Positions 18,166 through 28,254 of a stretch of DNA of 64,000 nucleotides are shown here, piece after piece. The notes beneath the pieces were generated by a model that saw only the letters and a list, made by a program, of their open reading frames with translations, did not search any database and was not told the DNA's origin. The DNA lies in the NCBI GenBank assembly GCA_028712255.1, contig JAQTQJ010000010.1, forward strand, positions 8,097 through 72,096, in the 5' to 3' direction. The translations under genes and the position numbers were made by a program. This stretch comes from Candidatus Omnitrophota bacterium (lineage in GTDB: Bacteria > Omnitrophota > Gorgyraeia > Gygaellales > Profunditerraquicolaceae). Every line of letters begins with the position of its first letter. Within the stretch, counting starts at the first letter, position 1.

Positions 18166-20733
18166 ATGCTTATGGCAGAAGAGCTACAAGACCTTAAAGG
18201 GCTTTCTGAAAAACAAGTTCAAGAAAGCTTAAAAAAATACGGGTATAATGAGCTCCCTTCCCAAAAAAAACGCAGTATTTTGGCAATTTTTTTTGGCGTA
18301 GTAAAAGAACCCATGTTGCTTTTATTAATTGGAAGCGGCATGGTTTATTTGTTTTTGGGTGAGATAAGCGATGCTGTTATGCTGCTTTCTTTTGTCTTGG
18401 TTGTCGTGGGGATCACTTTTTATCAGGAAAGAAAAACCGAAAGGACTCTGGAGGCATTAAGGGACCTTTCAAGCCCCAGAGCCCAAGTTATTCGCGACGG
18501 AATCCAAAAAAGGATTGCCGGCGCCCAGGTGGTCAAAGATGATATTATTATCCTTAACGAAGGCGATCGTGTCCCTGCCGATGCGGTAGTTTTATCATGT
18601 TCTAATTTATTAGTTGATGAATCCCTTCTTACAGGCGAATCCGCAGCCGTACGTAAATCCGAAAGTATAAACCAGGATACAATTAATCGGCCAGGCGGAG
18701 ACGACCTCCCCTTTGTTTATTCCGGAACTTTAGTTGTGCAAGGACACGGCATTGCAAGAGTGACTTCAATCGGAATCCATACTGAGATGGGTAAAATAGG
18801 AAAAGCTTTGCAAGGTATCCGTCAGGAAAATACCTTGTTACAGAAAGAAATAGGAAAAATTGTACGTAATTTTTCTATTGCCGGCGGGATTCTTTGTTTG
18901 TTGGTGACAATAATTTATGGTTTGACCCGGGGAAGCTGGTTAAACGGAATACTTTCGGGCCTGACCTTGAGCATGGCTATGTTACCAGAGGAGTTTCCGG
19001 TTGTTTTGATTATTTTTCTTACCCTGGGAGCTTGGAGGATCTCTAAAAGCCAGGTTCTGACCCGTCGTACTCCGGCTATAGAGACTTTGGGGGCAGCAAC
19101 GGTTTTGTGCACGGATAAGACAGGGACTCTTACGCTCAACGCCATGCATTTAACCTCTATGTGCGTTAATGGTATTCATTATGGAATTGACGTTAAAAAA
19201 TCAGAGGATTTGCCTGAGGCTGTCCATGATCTTATGGAGTATGCCATCCTGGCTAGCCAGAAAGATCCATTTGACCCTATAGAAAAAGAAGCCAAACGCC
19301 TGGGAGAATTCTATTTATCTGGCTCCGAGCATATTCATAATAATTGGAAGATTATCAAAGAGTATCCATTATCAAGGGAACTTTTGGCTTTGTCACATGT
19401 TTGGGAGTCTCCGGATAAACAAAATTATGTCATTGCTACTAAAGGTTCTCCTGAAGCAATCGCAGACCTTTGTCATTTTAACAAGGAACAACATATAGAA
19501 TTATTAAAATGCATAGAGGAGATGGCGAAGCGGGGATTACGTATCTTAGGGGTGGCTAAAGCATCTTTTAGGAAGAAGGAGCTTCCGGATATACAGCATG
19601 ATTTTGTATTCAGGTTTGTTGGGCTCCTGGGATTTGTTGATCCGGTACGTTCAACGGTGGCCGCGGCAATTGGCGAGGCCTATGATGCAGGGATGCGGGT
19701 GATTATGATTACTGGTGATTATCCCGGAACAGCTATTAATATTGCCAAAGAGATTGGTTTAAAGAATCCTGAATCATATATAACCGGAACTGAATTAGAG
19801 ATGATGGATCATCGCCAGCTGAAGGAAAAAATAAAGACAATTAACGTATTTGCCAGAGTGGTGCCTGAACAAAAACTGCTTATTATCGATGCATTAAAGG
19901 CTAATCAGGAAGTTGTGGCGATGACCGGAGACGGGGTTAATGATGCTCCCGCATTAAAGTCAGCGCATATCGGTATTGCTATGGGGCAGAGGGGGACTGA
20001 TGTTGCCCGCGAAGCTTCGGCATTAGTATTGCTTAATGATGATTTTTCCTCAATTGTTGCGTCAGTAAAACTTGGCCGGAGAATCTTCGATAATTTAAAG
20101 AAAGCCGTGGCTTATATTTTTGCTATACATGTGCCGATTGCAGGAATGTCATTTTTGCCGGTTTTATTTAATTTACCGATAGTACTTTTGCCTGCGCACA
20201 TTGCGTTTTTGGAATTGATTATCGATCCGGCATGCTCTACGGTCTTTGAGGCCTGCCCGGATGAAAAGAATATTATGAAAAGGCCGCCGCGTAATTTAGA
20301 GGAACCCTTATTCAGTAAAGAAGCTTTTATTTTTAGTTTTTTGCAGGGTTTAGGAATATTAATTGTTGTATTTTTAGTGTTTATAGTGGCGTTGTATTTG
20401 AAGAAAGGCGAGCTTGAAGCCCGTACCTTATCTTTTGCCACCCTGGTATTTGCAAATGTAATGTTAATCTCGACTAACCTTTCCTGGTCCAAAAACTTAT
20501 TCAGTATTATTAAATTAAAGAACAGAGCTTCTTGGATTGTAACGGTAGGAGCGGTGAGTGCCCTTCTTTTGGTTATTTATTTACCGCTGCTGCGCAATCT
20601 TTTTCATTTTTCAGTTTTGTCTGTAGCTGATTTAGCGGTTGCTCTCGCCAGTGGAATTATGAGTTTGTTGTGGTTTGAAGTTTTTAAGGGGATGAATAAA
20701 AAAATGGTTGTACCAAATTTATTAATTAAATAA
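18166..20733 (+). CDS. P-type cation-transporting ATPase (P2-type, Ca2+/Mg2+-ATPase-like)
   Basis: CTDKTGTLT phosphorylation motif, TGES-like actuator region, MITGDYPGTA and GDGVNDAPAL hinge motif. 855 aa with about 10 TM. Confidence 0.9.
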   Translation: MLMAEELQDLKGLSEKQVQESLKKYGYNELPSQKKRSILAIFFGVVKEPMLLLLIGSGMVYLFLGEISDAVMLLSFVLVVVGITFYQERKTERTLEALRDLSSPRAQVIRDGIQKRIAGAQVVKDDIIILNEGDRVPADAVVLSCSNLLVDESLLTGESAAVRKSESINQDTINRPGGDDLPFVYSGTLVVQGHGIARVTSIGIHTEMGKIGKALQGIRQENTLLQKEIGKIVRNFSIAGGILCLLVTIIYGLTRGSWLNGILSGLTLSMAMLPEEFPVVLIIFLTLGAWRISKSQVLTRRTPAIETLGAATVLCTDKTGTLTLNAMHLTSMCVNGIHYGIDVKKSEDLPEAVHDLMEYAILASQKDPFDPIEKEAKRLGEFYLSGSEHIHNNWKIIKEYPLSRELLALSHVWESPDKQNYVIATKGSPEAIADLCHFNKEQHIELLKCIEEMAKRGLRILGVAKASFRKKELPDIQHDFVFRFVGLLGFVDPVRSTVAAAIGEAYDAGMRVIMITGDYPGTAINIAKEIGLKNPESYITGTELEMMDHRQLKEKIKTINVFARVVPEQKLLIIDALKANQEVVAMTGDGVNDAPALKSAHIGIAMGQRGTDVAREASALVLLNDDFSSIVASVKLGRRIFDNLKKAVAYIFAIHVPIAGMSFLPVLFNLPIVLLPAHIAFLELIIDPACSTVFEACPDEKNIMKRPPRNLEEPLFSKEAFIFSFLQGLGILIVVFLVFIVALYLKKGELEARTLSFATLVFANVMLISTNLSWSKNLFSIIKLKNRASWIVTVGAVSALLLVIYLPLLRNLFHFSVLSVADLAVALASGIMSLLWFEVFKGMNKKMVVPNLLIK

Positions 20734-20744
20734 GGAGGTAAGCA

Positions 20745-21671
20745 ATGGTAAATGAAGATATTCAAAAATTAATAACTAACATCGAGAAGGTTATTGTAGG
20801 AAAAACAGAATCGGTAAAACTATTAATCATAGGTTTATTGACAAATGGACATATCCTGATTGAAGATATTCCCGGTTTAGGTAAGACAATGCTCTCTTTA
20901 GCTTTGGCTAAATCCATAAGTGCGGATTTTAAAAGGATACAGGCTACACCGGATCTGCTTCCTACGGATATTACCGGTGGATTCGTTTATAGCCCTAAAA
21001 CAGGAGAATTTGATTTCAGGAAAGGGCCGGTGTTTGCGAATATTCTTTTGGTCGATGAAATTAACAGGACTACTCCGCGTACGCAATCGGCACTTTTAGA
21101 GTGCATGCAGGAGTATAAGGTTACTATTGAAGGGACCTCTTTTGTCTTGCCCTGGCCTTTTATGACCATTGCTACACAGAATCCCATTGAGTACCAGGGG
21201 ACATATGCTTTACCCGAAGCCCAGATCGATAGGTTTCTGATGAAGATTAATATGGGTTATCCATCTGTACAGGAGGAAGCCAAGATAGTTTGCGGACAAA
21301 AGATTAAACATCCGGTAGAAGATGTTATGCCCGTTATGACCCTAGAAAATATTTTAAAGTTACAGGAGCAGGTAAAGAAAATCCAAATATCCCCCACGGT
21401 ATTAGAATATATTGTTAACTTAGTATCATTAACCCGTAAATCAACCGTGGTAAAGCAGGGAGCTAGCCCGCGTGCTTCGATAGCGATTATGAAAGCCAGT
21501 TGTGCCTGGGCATTCATTGAAGGAAGAGACTATGTTATACCCGAAGATGTTATTAAGCTTTTACCTTATATACTGAAACACAGGATTGTGTTGCATCCTA
21601 AGGCCGTAATTTCAGGGACGACCCCGGAATTAGTTATTGAGGGCATATTAAAACAAACTTCCATATCGTAA
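20745..21671 (+). CDS. MoxR-family AAA+ ATPase
   Basis: Walker A GLGKTM, Walker B LLVDEINR and the characteristic MoxR length (308 aa). RBS GGAGG upstream. Confidence 0.9.
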   Translation: MVNEDIQKLITNIEKVIVGKTESVKLLIIGLLTNGHILIEDIPGLGKTMLSLALAKSISADFKRIQATPDLLPTDITGGFVYSPKTGEFDFRKGPVFANILLVDEINRTTPRTQSALLECMQEYKVTIEGTSFVLPWPFMTIATQNPIEYQGTYALPEAQIDRFLMKINMGYPSVQEEAKIVCGQKIKHPVEDVMPVMTLENILKLQEQVKKIQISPTVLEYIVNLVSLTRKSTVVKQGASPRASIAIMKASCAWAFIEGRDYVIPEDVIKLLPYILKHRIVLHPKAVISGTTPELVIEGILKQTSIS

Positions 21672-21687
21672 AAAAAGTACAAAAAAT

Positions 21688-22914
21688 ATGCGTAAGAAAT
21701 TTTTAGTAAAGTGGATATTTCTCCTGGTTTTCTTGGGGTTTAACCTGTTTATGAGCCTGAAGAGCCCTTTTGTTGTTTATTATTTTCTTTTTTGGTCTCT
21801 CTTAGTTTTACCAGTAGTAAGTTTTATGTGGTTAATCTTGGTATATTTTACTAGAAGGCCAGCTCTAGTACGGAAAATAACGCTTAAAATAGAAGAGGGT
21901 GATTTTCTAGAGATTGTATTAGAAGTAGCTAATAAAAGTATCCTTCCGATTTTCGATGTTATTTTAGAGGATCATCTGGGCTGTGCAGTTGCTTCAGAAA
22001 GGCAAAAGTTCATTCTTTTTGATTTTTTGCGGCCTGATTCAATAAATAGGCTAACCTATAATTGTTTATGTCATCAAAGAGGAAAATATGATATAGGTCC
22101 GATAACCGCTTATTTTTTTGATCCACTGGGCCTATTCTATTTTAAAGAAAAATATCCGGCTCACTCAGAGCTTTATGTTTATCCGCGGACATTCAATATT
22201 CGTAAATTTCCGCATTTAAATAAAGGTTCTTCTCCGTGGATGGGTATTGAAACATCGCGGGTAAGCGGAGATGACGATGAATTTTATGGCGTGCGGGAGT
22301 ATAGAAGAGGAGATCCTTTAAAGAAAGTGCATTGGATGGTTTCTGCACGTAAGAACCAACTGATTGTTAAGGAGTTTCAGCGCCAGAGTTTTTTCAGGGC
22401 GACCTTAATGTTTAATCTAGAAAAGGATGATAACTTTGGGGAAGGCAAAGAATCTGTTGCCGAGTATTCCATAAAAATAGTTGCTTCCATCGCCAAATAC
22501 CTTATTAATTCAGGCGTATCCGTAGAGATTATTTCTCACGCCGGGGAAATAGTGCATATTCCATTTAACAAAGGTGCTGGGCATTTAGAGGAAATTCTTA
22601 GGTTTTTGACCATTGCCCAGCCGGAGAGCAGGATAACCTTACTAGAGCTTTTTGAAACATTCCACCGAAATGTTCTAGAAGATTCCAGTTTGATTGTCGT
22701 AATGACAGATAGAAATCAAGTGTTCCTTCCCGCTATGCTATCTTTGGGTGTGAGAAACGTATCTCTGATTCCGGTAATTCTTAATTCCTCCAGCTTCCTT
22801 AAAGATTCTTCTGGAATTAAGGATAGTAAAGATCATTATGCTGATTTACCCGAAAGAGCAAAATTTAACCCTATTTATATTAACTGTCGTGATAATTTAG
22901 AAGAGAAATTCTGA
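21688..22914 (+). CDS. DUF58-family protein (MoxR partner) with N-terminal TM helices
   Basis: Conserved DUF58 core (…FYGVREYRRGDPLKKVHW…). Canonical position immediately after MoxR. Confidence 0.8.
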   Translation: MRKKFLVKWIFLLVFLGFNLFMSLKSPFVVYYFLFWSLLVLPVVSFMWLILVYFTRRPALVRKITLKIEEGDFLEIVLEVANKSILPIFDVILEDHLGCAVASERQKFILFDFLRPDSINRLTYNCLCHQRGKYDIGPITAYFFDPLGLFYFKEKYPAHSELYVYPRTFNIRKFPHLNKGSSPWMGIETSRVSGDDDEFYGVREYRRGDPLKKVHWMVSARKNQLIVKEFQRQSFFRATLMFNLEKDDNFGEGKESVAEYSIKIVASIAKYLINSGVSVEIISHAGEIVHIPFNKGAGHLEEILRFLTIAQPESRITLLELFETFHRNVLEDSSLIVVMTDRNQVFLPAMLSLGVRNVSLIPVILNSSSFLKDSSGIKDSKDHYADLPERAKFNPIYINCRDNLEEKF

Positions 22915-22924
22915 GATTTTTATT

Positions 22925-25633
22925 ATGGAAAGCAAATACCGTTTTTATTCTTTAGAATATTTTTTGACGTTCCTGTTTTTGTCTTCATTATTATTCTTTT
23001 TTCCGCAGGAAGCATCCAGCATGCGAATTTACCTGTTTAGCGGATTTATTATAGGGTCAGTCGTTGCCTATATCAGCAACCAGAAGATTATTTATTTTAG
23101 GAGGATATTTACTTTGGCTGCCAGTATTTTAATTCTATCCTGGACAGTCTATGCTGCATTTAAATCTTCATTTCTTTATAGAGAGCTAATTGTTATTTGT
23201 ATTAGTGGTTTATCCTTTTTAATAGTAGTGAATAGTTTTAGCCTATGCCTACGGTCGTACTTGGGTTCGGTACAGATTTTTGGTATTCTGCTATTTCTTT
23301 GTTTATGCGCATTAACAAGAGGCTATAATAAATATTTTTTAATTCTTGCCGCAGAATTCATTCTTGTAACTTCGATAATAGCCAAAATAAAATTCCATAA
23401 TCTTTTTACTTATTCTGAGAAAACCAGCCAAGAATATCGCGTGGTTAATCCACTGTTTGTCACTATTTTATTCTCAGCTATTTTTATTGGCTGGGTATTA
23501 TTTATGAATGTGCCTTTAGGCCAAATTAGCTCACGAGGGTTTTTAAAGGATGAGGATGCGATCTCTTGGCAAGAGCAAAAGCCGCAGGAAGGAGAAAAAA
23601 ATACGTTTTTACAGGATGAGCAAATTCAGAAGGAGTTGACTAATTTTACGCTTGGGCTTTCTTCTGCCGATCAAATGCATCAGATGCTTGCTTGGATGCA
23701 GGATTTACTGGTTCAGGAAGCTGCCTATGCCTTTGAAGTTAATAAGGCGGAAAAAAACATATTGAAAGCGATCAACGATCAATCGGCAGCATCTAATTTA
23801 ACTAACACCGCCGGGTTAAGTAATAAGGTTAAAGGATATGTAAACAGAAAGATAATGAGAAAATTAGCCCAGATAAAAAATAATATAGGAAAAGTTATTA
23901 ACGATAACCATATTGGATTACTGCAGAGGTTTTCTATATTGAGTTCTGTCAATAAGATAGAATATAGCGGTTCGTATGAGCAGATCGATAAATACAGCCA
24001 ACAACTTAAGAAGGATATCAATAATAAATTTATGCCCGATAGTGCTAAAAGGAAGCTTAATCAGATCTCCAAACAGCTGAAGGAATGGAAATCTTTTCAG
24101 CTGTTTCATAAAAAAATAGATTCTTTTCAGGATAAGGCCAATGCTTACAATGCTGTAAAAAAGAAAGAGCTCAACGATTTAGTTTGGCAGATTAACGAAA
24201 TGGAGAAAGTTTCTACAGCTGTCAAAATAGATAAAACAATAGAAAAAATGCTCGCAACAGAGCCTTCAGAGGAATTAAAGCGTATTGGCGAAGCTAAAGA
24301 TCTGCTTAGCTTAAAAAAAGAAATGCTTGTGTCTAAAGAAAGCAGCCAACTACGTAAGAAATTAGAGGCTTCCAGAGATAAGCCCGATAATCTTGAGGAA
24401 CTTCTTAATGGGATCGAAGAATCTAAAGACCGCCAGGATGCAGTAAAGAAAATCACTCAGCTTTTAGAAAACTTAACCGAGATGAGTGATTTTCAATTGC
24501 CTCAGGAGGCAAGGGATATGCTGGAGGCAAAATTAGATAGCCTTATTAAGGAATCCAGTGATGCAGTGAAAAAACAAATTAAAGAATCTAATATTGGCGA
24601 ACGTAGTAAAGGCTTATTAGAGGATTTAAGGAAGATGGCTGCTGAAAATAATAAAGGTAAGCTTGCATCTTCTACGGCAAAAATGCATAAAACCATAGAT
24701 GCAGCCTATAAACAAGGCAATATCGGTAAAGATAAAAAAGATGATTTAATAAAAGATATCAAGATTACAGAACAGCTTCTTAGTGTGAGAAACGAGTTAG
24801 TTGGAACACAAGAACAGGATAAATCTGCATATGCAACCGGTTCTTTGGATTATAGCGAAAAAGTATCTGAGCTGCTTCAGAGTTCATCCCTTGAAGATGA
24901 GCAAAGAGAATTGATGGATAAGCTTATGGAGAAACTAGCCAATGCCCAAACAATATCACAAGTTGAAGATGTGCTCTCGGCAATCAACCAACAGATAAGC
25001 GCATTAGCTAAAAAAGAATCTACCGTAGAGCTTGAAAAAATGAAGGAGCTGATACAGAAAGCCGCTGATGCTAAGAAGATGTTTATTTTGGAAAGGGATG
25101 GTTATAGCTTACGCAAAAATATTGAAAGTTTAAAGAGTGTATTGCCCCAGCAAGCTGCTTTTTTGCAAGAGAATTTAGATAAAATGAAGGAAACCAAAAC
25201 CAAGCAGGATTTAATCAAAAATATAGATGCGTTAAGTAAGTCGCTTGAATTTAAACAGACTGAAAAAGAATCCCAGTCAGAAATCGTTCCAGAATCATTA
25301 ACTAATAGTGGCGATAGAGAATCATTAAAAATATACTTATTGCCTGATTATGCGGTTTTACCCTTAGGCACAGATATTCTTTTAAAAACCGTAACGACCT
25401 ATAATAATTTTATCAGAGAAAGTAGCTCGGAACTAGAATGGTCTTCTCTAAACCCTAGTATAGCCTTTATCGATCAGCATGGTTTAGTTAGCGCCTTAGG
25501 CATAGGCACAACAGAGATACTCTGCCGGTATAAAGGTGGCCCTAGCGCAAGGTGTAAAATTACGGTAGTGGAAATGATTCCGCAGGCAGAAGCTAACCGA
25601 ATTAAAAATGAATTAGGGGAACAGGTATACTGA
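22925..25633 (+). CDS. large membrane protein, 902 aa. N-terminal multi-TM region, long K/E/Q-rich coiled-coil region, C-terminal Ig-like (Big_2-type) domain.
   Basis: Five or six hydrophobic helices in the first roughly 190 aa. A roughly 550-aa low-complexity helical segment follows. The C-terminal segment (…LPDYAVLPLGTDILLKTVTTYNN…) resembles bacterial Ig-like group 2 domains. No vWA motif found. Confidence 0.5.
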   Translation: MESKYRFYSLEYFLTFLFLSSLLFFFPQEASSMRIYLFSGFIIGSVVAYISNQKIIYFRRIFTLAASILILSWTVYAAFKSSFLYRELIVICISGLSFLIVVNSFSLCLRSYLGSVQIFGILLFLCLCALTRGYNKYFLILAAEFILVTSIIAKIKFHNLFTYSEKTSQEYRVVNPLFVTILFSAIFIGWVLFMNVPLGQISSRGFLKDEDAISWQEQKPQEGEKNTFLQDEQIQKELTNFTLGLSSADQMHQMLAWMQDLLVQEAAYAFEVNKAEKNILKAINDQSAASNLTNTAGLSNKVKGYVNRKIMRKLAQIKNNIGKVINDNHIGLLQRFSILSSVNKIEYSGSYEQIDKYSQQLKKDINNKFMPDSAKRKLNQISKQLKEWKSFQLFHKKIDSFQDKANAYNAVKKKELNDLVWQINEMEKVSTAVKIDKTIEKMLATEPSEELKRIGEAKDLLSLKKEMLVSKESSQLRKKLEASRDKPDNLEELLNGIEESKDRQDAVKKITQLLENLTEMSDFQLPQEARDMLEAKLDSLIKESSDAVKKQIKESNIGERSKGLLEDLRKMAAENNKGKLASSTAKMHKTIDAAYKQGNIGKDKKDDLIKDIKITEQLLSVRNELVGTQEQDKSAYATGSLDYSEKVSELLQSSSLEDEQRELMDKLMEKLANAQTISQVEDVLSAINQQISALAKKESTVELEKMKELIQKAADAKKMFILERDGYSLRKNIESLKSVLPQQAAFLQENLDKMKETKTKQDLIKNIDALSKSLEFKQTEKESQSEIVPESLTNSGDRESLKIYLLPDYAVLPLGTDILLKTVTTYNNFIRESSSELEWSSLNPSIAFIDQHGLVSALGIGTTEILCRYKGGPSARCKITVVEMIPQAEANRIKNELGEQVY

Positions 25634-27798
25634 TGAAATCAAAAAAAATATGTTTGGCTATTTTGTTAACCTTATCTTTTCTCTGTAGAGCTAGTTATGC
25701 GCAGCAGGTATATCAAGAAAAGGTAACTGCTGATGGAAAAATTATTTCTGGCCTTAGCCAGGAGGATGCGCTGCATAAATATGGCGCGCCGATATCAGTC
25801 AGCGATAAATTATGGTATTACGGCGGCCCGGAGAGATTATATGTTTATCTAGAAAATCCGATTAAGGTATATCTTTATCCACGTTTCTGCAATGGATACG
25901 TAGGGGTTCCTCTAGAGTTAAAGATATTAGCCGGTTTGAAAGAAACAACCAATGTTACATCGCAATCCCAATTAGTTTTGAGCAATCCTGATGAATTCAA
26001 TATCGTAGGGGATGGCATTATTGTGCCCAAAAAGCCTGGCGACTATCAAGTGGTGGCATTATACGAAGGCAAATATAGCAATGTGAGTTTTATTTCCGTA
26101 GCTCAGTCAAATAAGCAGCCGCAGGAGGATTTACTTATTAGCCTGGATATTTTTCCATACAAGCCCTACGCTGGCCTGAGAACTCCGATTAATTTTCATG
26201 CTTATGGTACATTTGTTTCTGGTGGACAGTATAGCATAAGGGATGTGACCGATAATGTGGAATGGTATGCCTTACAGAACAATAAAACTTTAAAATTAAA
26301 TGATTCGCATGTTGAGATGTCTTCACCGGGAAAATTTAAGGTATTTTGTAAATATAGGGGATTACAAAGTTTCCCTCAGGATGTGGAGGTGACAGAGAAT
26401 CCTGTTGGGCTTTATCACTATCCATTAAGACAAATAGCTATTGTTCCTGCTTATCTTTCTGTGCTTACGCAGGTTAAAATACCGCTTTCTGTTATTGCTA
26501 CTTATGGGGATAACAGCGTCAATGATGTTACTAAAAACGTAAGTTGGCAGATATTGGATAAAGCAATTTTAAGGACGGATGCGGATAATGTTTTTGTTGG
26601 TGAATCTGTCGGAATAGCAAAAATACAGGCAACGCTGGAAGGTTTAGAGAGCTCACCTTCTAAAATAGCGGTATCATCGGTTGCCAACTATAAGGAAAAC
26701 AGCCAGGATATAATCAAAAAAGAAGAATCTTCTGATAATTTACTCGAAGATATTAAAGACGATTTGGCTAATCTGAAAAATAAAATTGCCGAAGAAGAAA
26801 AATTCAAGTATATAAAGATACTCCCGTCATCTTGTGATATCCGAGCAGGGGAAGAACAGCAGCTTTCTGCGTTTGGTGTACGGCAAAACAATACAGAGCA
26901 AGATATCACTATTCTGAGTAAATGGACAAGCAGTGATGAGTTCGTTGCTACTGTCAGCAGTGGTTTAGTTAAAGCTATTTCTGCAGCAGAGACAAAGGTT
27001 TGTGTTCAGTACAAAGATATGGAGAGCGAATGCGTTAAAGTCGCTGTTAGGGAACCAAAGTTGGTATCCATAACAGTATCTCCGGCAGCTCTGAAAATAA
27101 TTACAGGTGAGCAGGCAAACTTGAAAGCGGAAGGGTTATTTGGTGATTCCTCGCGTAGGGATATTACTTTGTTGGTTGATTGGGTATCTGATAATTTAAG
27201 GATAGCTAAGATGGATAAATTCAAGGTTAGGGCTTTGAAAGCCGGCCAGGCAAAAATACACGCCACTTATTTAGGGCTAACTAGCTTGCCTGTTGCTGTG
27301 GAAGTAGCCAAGGAGAAATACTGGTTATTGAAACTGATCGCCAAGGTTCTAGCTTTTTTATTGTTACTCGTATTTATACTTTATTCCTATTTCTATATAT
27401 TAACTGAGCAGACTAAGTGGCGTATCCTTAAGCTATATGGTACTCCAAGAGAGTTCATAATAGCTCTCTATGGTAATCTCAATAAACTAATGGTTATTTT
27501 CGGCGTTCCATATAAATTCTATATGCCGCCATTGCTATTTGCTTCTTTAGTAGACAAGAAATATGCAATGGATGGAAGTCTTTTCTTTAGGTTTACGCAA
27601 CGTTTTGAAGAAGCTAAATATAGCAGCCATATTCTCACCCAGGAGGAATCCCGGATAGCCCTGGAAAGTTATAACCAAATATTAAAAATAGTATCGGTTC
27701 GGCACAAGAGAATAACAATAATATGCAGTTATCTTAAGGCCTTATTAAAACAAACGCCCCTTCTTATGGAAAACATAGGTAAGAGTGATAAGGTATAA
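25633..27798 (+). CDS. secreted, membrane-anchored protein with multiple Ig-like (Big_2-like) repeats, 721 aa
   Basis: N-terminal signal peptide. Several roughly 80-100-aa repeats with the …V.V.A.G…V.A…G Ig-like pattern. A C-terminal TM (LLKLIAKVLAFLLLLVFILYSYFYIL) is followed by a cytoplasmic tail. The start overlaps the previous stop. Confidence 0.5.
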   Translation: MKSKKICLAILLTLSFLCRASYAQQVYQEKVTADGKIISGLSQEDALHKYGAPISVSDKLWYYGGPERLYVYLENPIKVYLYPRFCNGYVGVPLELKILAGLKETTNVTSQSQLVLSNPDEFNIVGDGIIVPKKPGDYQVVALYEGKYSNVSFISVAQSNKQPQEDLLISLDIFPYKPYAGLRTPINFHAYGTFVSGGQYSIRDVTDNVEWYALQNNKTLKLNDSHVEMSSPGKFKVFCKYRGLQSFPQDVEVTENPVGLYHYPLRQIAIVPAYLSVLTQVKIPLSVIATYGDNSVNDVTKNVSWQILDKAILRTDADNVFVGESVGIAKIQATLEGLESSPSKIAVSSVANYKENSQDIIKKEESSDNLLEDIKDDLANLKNKIAEEEKFKYIKILPSSCDIRAGEEQQLSAFGVRQNNTEQDITILSKWTSSDEFVATVSSGLVKAISAAETKVCVQYKDMESECVKVAVREPKLVSITVSPAALKIITGEQANLKAEGLFGDSSRRDITLLVDWVSDNLRIAKMDKFKVRALKAGQAKIHATYLGLTSLPVAVEVAKEKYWLLKLIAKVLAFLLLLVFILYSYFYILTEQTKWRILKLYGTPREFIIALYGNLNKLMVIFGVPYKFYMPPLLFASLVDKKYAMDGSLFFRFTQRFEEAKYSSHILTQEESRIALESYNQILKIVSVRHKRITIICSYLKALLKQTPLLMENIGKSDKV

Positions 27799-27871
27799 TT
27801 TTAGTAATCTAAAATGATGCCGTAATGTGAAAATACACGGAGATTTAGGTATTCCTGGCGCATATTTTTAG

Positions 27872-27900
27872 TTGTATTTAGTTTTAATTAATAGTATAAT
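27872..27900 (+). promoter_or_regulatory. sigma70-like promoter driving the small K-rich ORF
   Basis: TTGTAT at 27872-27877, a 17-nt spacer, then consensus TATAAT at 27895-27900. It is followed by RBS GGAGGTG at 27910-27916. Confidence 0.45.
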
Positions 27901-27921
27901 TTCCTTTACGGAGGTGAACTA

Positions 27922-28032
27922 ATGAAAGCAAAAAAGATAAATAAGAAGGCAAAAGCACGGAAGGTAAACAAAACTACAAAAGCTAAGAAAAAACTTTCTC
28001 GTTACTGCCGATCAGGCAGGGTATTGTGGTAG
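27922..28032 (+). CDS. 36-aa lysine-rich small protein (MKAKKINKKAKARKVNKTTKAKKKLSRYCRSGRVLW), function unknown
   Basis: Consensus -10, near-consensus -35 and a 7-nt SD 5 nt from the ATG. It is not in the ORF track because it is under 60 aa. It does not match L34/L36 ribosomal protein sequences that I recall. Confidence 0.35.
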   Translation: MKAKKINKKAKARKVNKTTKAKKKLSRYCRSGRVLW

Positions 28033-28254
28033 AAATTTCTTAACCTATCAGAATAGTGTTAGCTTTAACCCCCATTTAATAAAAATTAAGACTATACTAG
28101 ATATAACTAAGTATGGTCTAATATTATTTTCTAGAGGCCGATTATTACGAAGATAATTTCGCCAGTTGTTTTAGTTTATAAATTAGGTTGTTATATAGGT
28201 ATCTCTACAGCTACTGGAGATTTTTACGATCTAGTTCCTGAAATTTATACTGCG

